Shown here one piece after another: positions 54,881-64,000 of a stretch of 64,000 bases of DNA; the first letter of the stretch is position 1, and every line of letters starts with the position of its first letter. The notes beneath the pieces are model-generated. The model saw only the letters and a list, made by a program, of their open reading frames with translations. It was not told the DNA's origin and did not search any database. Origin of the DNA: Phoronis australis (taxonomy: Eukaryota; Animalia; Phoronida); contig NMRA01000002.1 of assembly GCA_002633005.1 (NCBI GenBank), positions 132,804-196,803 on the forward strand, in the 5' to 3' direction. Position numbers and translations under genes: made by a program.

Positions 54881-57185
54881 TTTGGAGACGACAACTGAAG
54901 TGAAAGTGTATACAAATGTGTAGAATTAGATATTGTTCAAGTTGCAAAAAATGTTCTTCCAATGAACTTTCAAAACAAAATTTACCCGAGTTGAACACAA
55001 CATTCTAAAGACACAAAGGTTTGGAGACAGTTACCCCCAAAACCTTGAAAAGTTACAACAAAAAGTACATGGAAAATGTGTGAAAGCCTGAACTCTGCAA
55101 ACATGCAAACTTATCAATCCCAGAGAGTAAAGAAATGCAATTCAACGACTGAAAGTTGTGGTAAAAGTGATTAAAGACAACTTCCATAATGCTGGTTAAT
55201 ATAACCTTGATGGAGAACATTGACACTTTTGCATGAAAAATGTTGATGGAAAACACACTTAAACAAGCATTTAGAAAATACTTAGTGACGAATAACGATC
55301 CTATTTCCTGCTTCATTGTTTAACTTTCACCATACGCCCCTTGGGACCAACACCTAAAGATAGAAGAATTTCTCAGTTAACTAAATTCATCTATTAGTAA
55401 GTAAAACAATTATCTTGACCTTCACCAAACATCTGGAAAAAATCTCAGATTAAAATCAAGAGAAAAATTACAAATGATACAGCAATACATACAACACCTG
55501 CTGCGAATTTTCGATAATAAACCTCGGGGCATCTATTCAGAAAATGGCATATTATGTATCTTTGTGGAACATGAGACACTGCAGCATGCTTCACAGCACA
55601 TTGAACTGAGTCAGTTGATTTGTACAAGTTTATTAGGTAATCTCATCTAAGATCCTATTGTGTGGAGCAGAACAATTACCACAGTAGCAATGGCTTCACG
55701 ACTATAAGACAATAACTAAAATAAACAGATGTATTGGGGATCAAAATTGATGACACTTCGAACCGTTTGAATTCTTCATGAAAAATTATTTAGGATCATT
55801 TTTTCAGGGCAAATACAATAAAAATTAGCCAAAACAGATGCAATAGGTTTCCATTCTCTAATACCTATTGATGAGTGGTTTTAGTAAGTCTTTGAATAGT
55901 GGTAGCGCATTTTGGGAAACAGGGGGCCTATTCAGTGGACGGAAATGAGCCAGCAACATGGAAATGGTATGCACACCAATATGTGTAGTTCAGGTAGTTT
56001 ATGGCATCGAAGGTAGTTCGGTTTTTTCTTCACATGAGGAACCCTGGGTCCAGGTGAAAATTGACCAACGTGCGATGATGATGGTCAAAAGGCTGGAGTT
56101 TGCTGATGCAAACACAGTAGCCCATTAAGTTCAGTCCAGCTACTGGAGATGCTTGGTCACCTATGTAATCCTTTATGACACCTCATTACATCATAAAGCT
56201 AAATGTATGTACCTGTTGACTGATGGCAGCCCAGCCAGATGGCTCTCTATGTTGGCAGGGAATGGGGGTAATTGAAACTTGGGCTTCAGTTCACAAATTA
56301 AATTGGGTTTTGGATTGAATTTTCACATGTACTAGGTTCGCCATGATTAGCCATGAATATGCTGTAAGAAACTACGTCCTGTTTCTCAGAAAGCCATGTT
56401 TTTGTTCAATACTCGCTAGCACTGTTCATTTTGGGAAACCCTGCAAACTTTATATTGTGGATCCTTAAGTAGACACATGGGTTTTGAATTTTTTTCAAAT
56501 ATACCGGTGAACCAAACTCCTGTATTTGAGGACCTGAATGTGGTATGGTATTGTATGGTATTGTCAACAATGCATTTTTACTGCTGTAGACTGGATGCTA
56601 TTGCAATCAAGGACTTGTTCACGCAAGCATAAAAACAAACGAACAGCTAAAACCTTTGACCTTGCAACTACCTAGTATGAAGAAACATTAGCAATTGATG
56701 GAACAGATAGGAAAGTTAATCTCAGTTTCAGAACTCAATAAACATTTACAAACTAGCAGCTCTCAAAAAATATTGACTAAATTTCTTCTCGTCGAAAATC
56801 GCCAAAATTATAAAGAAATTTTTGTCTAATTTCCTTCTGAACTCCAACTGAATTTTGATGAAGTTCATTGACTTTCTGAAAACTAAATTACATTACATGA
56901 GTGCAGTGCACACCACTTTAAACAACAGCCTGCTACAATTGCACTGACATACACATAAAATATACTCCCTTCCACGTTTGGTTACTGACTGTTATGAAAA
57001 CGATAAATGAACAATTTACGAGAACTTGGATTTGATATTTGCAATCAAGAAATGTTTTTCACTGAACAGCACTTTGAGACCACTAGTAGTAACAGTCGAC
57101 TAAAAAATATCCTTGTTTGGTTTGAAGTGAAAGGATAAGGTAGTGACCTCCCCCCCACACCATTAATTGCATTTAATTCACTTAC

Positions 57186-57337
57186 CCCATAATACTTTGG
57201 TGATGCGTTCACCAGTCAAATAGAGCATCATAAGGAATGTCCATAAAAGAGCAATGAAGACTATGCGCAGGGGCCAGGTCATCACCTCCAGAACGGGGTA
57301 GACCCAGATGTTGGCATAATAGGCAATGAAAAATATC
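57186..57337 (-). CDS. AIG1: AIG1/ADTRP-family hydrolase, shared exon 5
   Basis: IFFIAYYANIWVYPVLEVMTWPLRIVF...YLTGERITKVLW (WVYP motif). Donor g|GTAAGT, phase 2 to 1. Terminal exon not resolved. Confidence 0.9.
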
Positions 57338-57722
57338 CTACAATCAGACATCACGATGCCAATGAAAGTTGTAATGTTTAATCAAATGGGACGCAAGCAT
57401 ACAATGAGAACGCCTGAGATTACGAGAATGGAAATAATATTTGGTCACTGAGGCATTTGTGTGATAAGGTAGTCACGTGATACACCTGAATGCAGGCATC
57501 TCTGTGAGAAGGTGCCTTCCAACACCCAGTAAATTTCCAGTTCTGATTTAAGAACAACTGGTCAAAAATCGTAACTGTCTAAAATCATAAAAGGCTTTCA
57601 TAAAAAAGTTTATTCAAATCAAAAATAGGGGGAATTACAAATTATCTGACAAATTTCAATGTCCTGGAATTATCAAACCTGTACACCTTCCTGAAACAGC
57701 TTTAAGCAAGCTGGACACCTAC

Positions 57723-57838
57723 CATATGTTGTAAACAGCACCGACAGCCACAGAGATGAACATGCCACTGGCTTTACTGGGATAATGATGGTAGACCAAG
57801 GCTTTGTCCAGCAGAAGGAAAGGCAAGACGGTGGTATG
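57723..57838 (-). CDS. AIG1: AIG1/ADTRP-family hydrolase, shared exon 4 (catalytic His)
   Basis: HTTVLPFLLLDKALVYHHYPSK...YNI(W). Acceptor cttttcAG, donor GTAGGT. Confidence 0.92.
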
Positions 57839-57890
57839 CTGAAAAGTACACAAAAGCAGATCTGTACTTGGAAGTTTTAGCAATCTCTAC

Positions 57891-58046
57891 CAGAGCTGTA
57901 GTGGTAAAATTAGAGGTAAGTAGGCGCCCAAAGCTCACCGTATCACCTTGAGTACTGAACGTAACTTACGGTGCATAGGCGCTACGTTCAAATGCCAAAT
58001 GGTGGTTGGCTGCGCCTACATGCACCTACACTCCACTACAGCACCG
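57891..58046. mobile_element. hAT-type MITE, near-perfect 8-bp TSD
   Basis: TIR CAGAGCTGTAGTGG / CCACTACAGCACCG; flanks atctctac / atgtctac. Confidence 0.6.
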
Positions 58047-58346
58047 ATGTCTACAACAACCAGTTAAGAAGAAAGGCACGGTCATCATTAACAATTACTT
58101 TTAATTACTGTTTAAAATTACGCTAAGGAACAACAGCCTCACCGTAGCCCACTGAAACTTAATAATGCCATGTCAGAACGCCGCCGCGTGCTGACACCAT
58201 GTTTGTTGGTGTTTGCACACTTGCGACATTTGCTTTTCAGATGTCAAGAACACTGGTCTATAAGGAAGGGGTACAGTTACAAAATCAATAACATTTTTTC
58301 CACAATTATGCCTGTTTTCCGGTAAAACAAAAAAGTTTTACTGTAC

Positions 58347-58448
58347 CATAACATGATTCAGCCATGGTGGAATAATTGCGTCTAGTTTCCGTGGAAACAC
58401 CAATTCTCTGTCCACCATATAAATAGACCAGAAGGTAATGACGACAAA
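58347..58448 (-). CDS. AIG1: AIG1/ADTRP-family hydrolase, shared exon 3
   Basis: [34 protein letters not shown] (DRELVFP, WLNH family motifs). Phase 0-0. Confidence 0.94.
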
Positions 58449-59338
58449 CTGAAATGAAAACAACATGAAATTTCAAAAAACACTATTAAAGTTTTCTAAA
58501 TTATTAATTAGTCTTGATTTAACCAAAAAAATCAGAAAGGTATTATTTTTAAGAGCCCCTCAAGTAAAGCATTAAAAATAAGTCCAAACAGATTTTTGGA
58601 AAACTGTCCATAAAACCCAGTATCTGAACGTTTCACATCAACCTGATCAGTCATTTCTGAGATAAGATGTTCCGAAGTTAATCAAATTTGGAAGTTTTTC
58701 CTGGGTCATCCATGCAGTGTCATCTTTATACACCATGATATTGGTTCGTGTTTAGGGAAGGTACCCTTTGTCTTGATTCTTTAAAATATAACGAGTTAAT
58801 ATCCCTGGCTACACATGACAACACCATGAACCTTACAGATTGAAAATGGTTTCCGAACTTGAGAAGATCTGACAGTTTGTTTTGCCTGAGATCATACTCA
58901 GCACATAAAATGACTAGCCGAGTCAAGCCAGCTAGTAGAGTCTTGTCTCAAGCAGTACGAACGTGTAAGTTGTTGCTAGAAATCAAGTCGAAACAAGCTT
59001 TTTAACACATTCAGTACCAAAGTATATATTTTTTGTTGGTTGTTGCTAGAAATCACTCTGAAGAAGTTGAAACAAGTTTTATATAACATGTTCATTCATT
59101 AACGTTAACACCCATATCCAGCCAAATGTTCACTCCTCATATTCCAAATTTAGACTATCAGCTTTGTTAGCACTCCCAATTCTTATCTTTGTGAGATCCA
59201 TTCAGCTCTCAAATACAACTCTGAATCGTCTCTTCTGGTGAACACTCACATTCCCTAAGTTAACACTTTGCGAGTTTTTCAATTCAAACGTACAGGACAC
59301 TGACGCAAAACAGTATAGACACGGTATCTATAACTTAC

Positions 59339-59482
59339 AACACCCATTGGCCAAGCCACGGTAGCATGGAACTTGTCCCTTGCACGCTGCAGAAAACTCC
59401 GACTGTCCTTTGCCCCTGGGCCATGATTGGTACCGAAGAGATTATTAAGAACACAGAGACCAAAGTAGAAGGTCTGGAAGAG
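59339..59482 (-). CDS. AIG1: AIG1/ADTRP-family hydrolase, shared exon 2
   Basis: LFQTFYFGLCVLNNLFG...RARDKFHATVAWPMGV. Strong acceptor tttcttttgtAG, donor GTAAGT, phase 0-0. Confidence 0.92.
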
Positions 59483-59694
59483 CTACAAAAGAAACAAAAA
59501 AGGCTTGAGTACACATGATAGAAAGGATGGTTGAACTAGGGTTCGTTTCATGAAAAGTGTTGAAAGAATTCCGTCTTATGTTCAACATGACTATTTTAAA
59601 AAAACTTTTTATTTCCCCTCCGCAAAGCCTCTAGACATAAAATAACTGTAAGCAGCTCAGAAAATTTCGGTGAATTAGTTCTAAACAATGATAT

Positions 59695-59864
59695 CAGGAT
59701 TTCAAGCAGTTTTAAGCAAAAAAAGTAGGAAAAAGGTAGGACACATTTTCAAAAAGAAAGCAGGAAAAAGTAGGAATTACCAGTATTAGGAATTTGAGAA
59801 AAAAGTAGGAAAAGTAGGAACAGGCCAAAAAAAGTACGAAAAAGTAGGAACGCTGGAAAGTCTG
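59695..59864. mobile_element. MITE with AAAAGTAGGA internal repeats and 6-bp TSD
   Basis: tgatat on both flanks; imperfect TIR CAGGATTTCAAGC / GCTGGAAAGTCTG. Confidence 0.55.
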
Positions 59865-61812
59865 TGATATAGTAACAATTACATAGCAAAAACTTTAATT
59901 AGTAATTGTTAAGTGGGAGAACAAGTTGTCCCACTTAATTATTTAGTCATTTTTCATGAAACGGAAATTTGGAGTAGGCTTTACAAAGGCTTAATTGAAC
60001 CCTTTGGGATGTAATCTTCTTCACACATACAGTCTCTACTTGTCTATTGCAAATATGTATAGTAAAATTTCACTAATTAAGACACCATATATTGCATATT
60101 TTTCACAAACGATAAGTAGGACCAAATACAGATTCTATCACTTTAAAGTTCTATACTATAGCTGCCACTAGACAATGTTTCAAGACAATGTAGACATTCA
60201 CAACAATATTAGAAGTCATCGAAAAATGATGAAAGGTCAATTTTATATGAAATCAGTGAGATTTTATTGTGTAAGCTGTTATAATGATAGTCCATGTAGG
60301 AGCAAAATTGTGTTCAATTTCTGAAACACCAGCACCAGTGAGGAATTGACACCAGTGATTTTGAAGCCTTGGAAGCTGTGAAGTTCAAAGGTCAACCTTT
60401 ATTCAGTAGGTCTATGGCACCTTTCAACCAGGTGGATACTTAAATAAATTTTAGGGGGGTGTTGCTACAAAATATGAATTCCACCCATACAGATAGTAGA
60501 CTCGAAAAACTGGACCCCTTTGTAGAGAGCTTCTGTGAGAAGCACCACCTTCTTGGAGTTATTTTATCATGCCATGAATAATTCGTTACAAGGAAAACAA
60601 GCATACTAAAGATATGAGCAGACGATTAAAACGAGCCGAGTTGCATAAACAGCGCTGTGTTTAAAAGAGCTTGGACGATTTTGAAAAAAACCCTCATTCC
60701 AAAATGATTGATTACAAATGTGTTGAATACAATGGAATGAATGATATGCGTGCTTTCTTTCTAATATCAAAAGGAGCCAATGAATAAGTAACGCTAAATT
60801 AAAAAATCTGTTTCTCACTGTAAGTCGCATTTCTTTGCCGTTTTTTTTCTGGTGGTAACCAACAAGACCTAGTCTGGCTCCAACCGTTCAGTAGTGTTAG
60901 CGTCGCATTCGGGCGTGTCACGACACCTATCGAACGTTTGCCGTACAAACAATTTTGGCGACATCAAATTTGAAATGGTGAGCTGAAATTTGATCCAACT
61001 CGCCAACTGCGAGTTGGGTGTTTTCTTAACATCAGATACTGTCATCTGTTACAGCCCAAGTTAAGAAATGTCTCAGGGAAAATATTACAAACTCATAGTT
61101 TAGTGTAGAAAGAGAACCTTTTGACGTCGAGTTTCAGACTCCCAAATTGACACCTTTTGTTTCAAAATAAAACGGAAAAGGCCAACCATTTGTCAGAAAG
61201 GGCATCCTATCATAGGGAAACTAGTCATGAAGAAGTCTCCATTCTGAGAGGCACACATCCCGTATCCCTCTTCTACGGTGGGGGGATGCCCGCCTGACCT
61301 TGAACCATGCCATAATTTATTACTGGTACAGGTATTCCATGGCAGATAGCACAACGCAAACAACATCAGCTGTGCTCATAGATGCAAGCAATGTCTGAGG
61401 ATTTTTCTTGAGCCACACTAATGACATTGAGTATTGACTGTCACCTGGCAACCTGACAAGCTTCATTACTCATGCATGTGTCCCCTAAACCAAATAGATC
61501 AGCACTACTTGATAGTAAGCAAATATGACAGTCAATAACACCTACCTAATAGCACATAAATAAAAACTGACATGGTAGATATTTGTAAACTTATACACTG
61601 AACTAGCTTTAGACATTAAGTTTCTTCACCCTAGTACATCAAGCAACAGCCAACTAACAAATAACAGACAAGTGATAGCAGAAAACTCAGAGCTAGTAAC
61701 CAGGTAATAGTTTACTAAGGGCCCTCATTGTACAGTTTCCCTAAATAACTTAATCGCATAAGAATATTGCTGCTGACAATTATGGGCATGAGAAATGATC
61801 TCGGTGACTTAC

Positions 61813-61965
61813 ATGGTTCCAGAACGTCAAATATTTTAGTTTTCCACCAAAGCCTCGGTAGTTTAAGAAACTGTGTCCACCATCGGTGATGTATAAAAGG
61901 TCATAGACAAATCCATAAGCATCAATAATAAAAAACAGACAGTAAACCACAGCCCTACTGGACAT
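61813..61965 (-). CDS. AIG1: AIG1 alternative first coding exon 1b (canonical type)
   Basis: MSSRAVVYCLFFIIDAYGFVYDLLYITDGGHSFLNYRGFGGKLKYLTFWNH|GTAAGT. GGxxKYLT motif with the catalytic Thr; phase 0. Confidence 0.92.
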
Positions 61966-62218
61966 ATTGCATTCTAGCTGAGGGCAGACACTCAGCTTAT
62001 GAAGCAATTAACTAGGTCACTTTGACATGTCTGACCTTTAACCTTTGTGCTTTTGAAGAGCTCTGGAATGAATGAAAGTACAGTGACTGACCATGTCACA
62101 CAAGCACAGCCATTTCTGAGAACAATGGTGAAAGCCATTCTGTTGTACTACCTAGACAAAGAATGGACTCCCTGAAACCAGAAATAGCTGTCATGAACAT
62201 ATGATTTGTTGGTCTTAC

Positions 62219-62377
62219 ACGAAACAATAAGGTCGGCACCTCAAGTTTACCGAAAGAAATCCAGAAAAGTGTGTGTTGATTTGGACCGCATAAATTCGTC
62301 CTGGATACACCTTCAAACCAAGTTACTGCACAAAAAACAACAAAGTTACTGCACAAAAAATAACCAAAAAAAAATAC
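62219..62377 (-). pseudogene. Decayed third copy of AIG1 first exon (1c)
   Basis: Hydrophobic start then ...SFGKLEVPTLLFR|GTAAGA, with the same K-L-x3-T-x4|donor register and phase 0. No in-frame ATG; internal 18-bp duplication. Confidence 0.5.
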
Positions 62378-63411
62378 CTAATGTGCTTTGAATTCACTTT
62401 TAATCAATTTGTATTTTTATCAGTTTATGTAATCAAGTTTTCAAGCATCAAAAAATATAACAGATCAACGCTATACCTGAATTACAGTAACCTGGTGATG
62501 AAGCTGTCAGCTACTAACGCTATGGAAGGAATGTAAAGAAAGCAGGAGGTACATAATTATTCAACTGAACATGCGACATGGGCAAATGTCATGGGGACTA
62601 ATTCAGTTCTTCATGCAACTGTTCCTTGTAATATATCAATGCTTAACTCAATGTTCTAGCGCCCAATTCCATGAGGTATAAGAGATAGTACAACATCACT
62701 CTTCCCAGTCTCACTACATCCATGAAGCTGCCAAGCTAAAAAAGTCTACGACAGGGAGAAAGGCTAATAAACCGGCTGTCATGATTATCATCTACTTCAA
62801 TGAACCACAATTTTCCCCTCATTATCATTGTGCTAGTACATCGACTGAACTACAATTTTCACCTTGTTGTCAACGTCATTATATCAGTGAATCACAATTT
62901 TAATCTTGTAGTCTCCATGAAAGAGGATGCTTATAGACATGATCTGAGACATAATTCACTTCTTTTAACATAATTCAAATATACTGTAACAATACTAAAC
63001 CACATAGGATGTAAGATTAGGTAAATTACTGACGAGAATCATGACAAGCAATCACATATATACTCAAACATCAGTTTTGTGACATAAACCTTCAAACTTA
63101 CTAGAATTTGTATGGAGACATTTCCTGAGTAACTAAATACACCGGTATACCGTTTTCAAACTGCAAACATTTTAAAATAACTTGCAATGGAAACAAATGA
63201 CTCTCAGGAATTTCTGAGGACCAGGTCGCAGATGAGCCATTATTGGAAGTAAGCTTCCCACAATGATTTTATCGAGTTCACAGGAGACTATGTACCATAA
63301 CTGGAGGCTGGAACGAGGCAAGGTAAAGCAACCCAAATGACCAAACTACAGATGAAAAGACTTCCAACTTACCCTTGAAAGCAAAGTCCACTGAGAAATA
63401 CTATAACTTAC

Positions 63412-63561
63412 CATACACCATAAGGTAAGAAAACTTAGCTTGTATACAATCAGTTCCGGAAGAGTCAAGTTAGATGATAAGCTTGTGTGAACGTACAAAA
63501 AGTCATATAATAAGGCATAGAACTGTACAAAGAATATAATTAGAGTAACAAAGCCGTGCAT
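63412..63561 (-). CDS. AIG1: AIG1 alternative first coding exon 1a (divergent type)
   Basis: MHGFVTLIIFFVQFYALLYDFLYVHTSLSSNLTLPELIVYKLSFLTLWCM|GTAAGT. Aligns end to end with exon 1b (FF...Y...YD.LY, KLxxLTxW); phase 0. Confidence 0.78.
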
Positions 63562-64000
63562 CGTGCAAAACAAAGGTCAGTGCATCATTATCTAATACAG
63601 ATAAGGACAAGACAGGTTCAAATAATTAATAATCAGAAGAATTACAGAAAACATGAATGTTATTTTTAAATCCGGTTAAAAATATAATGTAACGGTATTT
63701 CGTAACCTTGCATGTAAGGAGCAAAACTGACGCGGATTAATAACCACACAGTATGTGAAGATTGTCAATGATGTGGTTGCTGTCAAAATGTATGAATGGC
63801 ACATCACCTGAAGCAATGGGTGCCAAAAATTTATATTATCAAAATGGAAAGAATTTTTTACAGGTAATACTATAATGGGTAAATCTGGACAAACAATCTG
63901 AGCATCCAGACACTCCAAGTGCATGGTTGAATTTGAGTCTTTTACCCTGTTCACAAACTACTGGAAAATTGACCCCTTCTTTTGGGCTGAATCGCCAATG

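Noticed and set aside
60606-60830. Hydrophobic minus-strand ORF as a fourth AIG1 first exon
   Set aside because: Lacks the KL-x3-T register and a good phase-0 donor four codons after Thr.
63577-63579. In-frame TGA as selenocysteine or readthrough
   Set aside because: The downstream ATG at 63561 already aligns with the start of exon 1b; no SECIS evidence.

Overview
Eukaryotic (invertebrate metazoan-type) genomic DNA, roughly 39% GC by eye, with spliceosomal GT-AG introns and many transposon relics. Five genes can be built by hand. (1) The last exon of a single-pass receptor at the left edge (213-970). (2) Its complete tandem paralog, 6 coding exons at 3304-19693, about 586 aa: signal peptide, Ig domain, 2 sushi/CCP domains, TSP1, TM and a cytoplasmic tail; exons 1-3 are missed by the ORF track. 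(3) Adenylate kinase 2, 5 exons at 25528-41611, 245 aa. (4) An intronless-CDS 263-aa protein (49872-50663) made of a bipartite NLS plus five tandem Cys7-His zinc-finger-like repeats whose spacing and AKK[E/D]C core match the plant SHI/STY (SRS) RING-like finger. (5) A minus-strand AIG1/ADTRP (FAR-17a) hydrolase gene with an array of duplicated alternative first coding exons (two intact, one decayed), each carrying the catalytic Thr and splicing in phase to shared downstream exons. Introns and intergenic DNA hold a Kolobok-like element, a second THAP-bearing TIR element, a hAT relic and MITEs with 5-, 6- and 8-bp TSDs, mariner and LINE relics, a Helentron-associated element and foldbacks. All gene models come from manual splice-site and phase reading; no database search was run.
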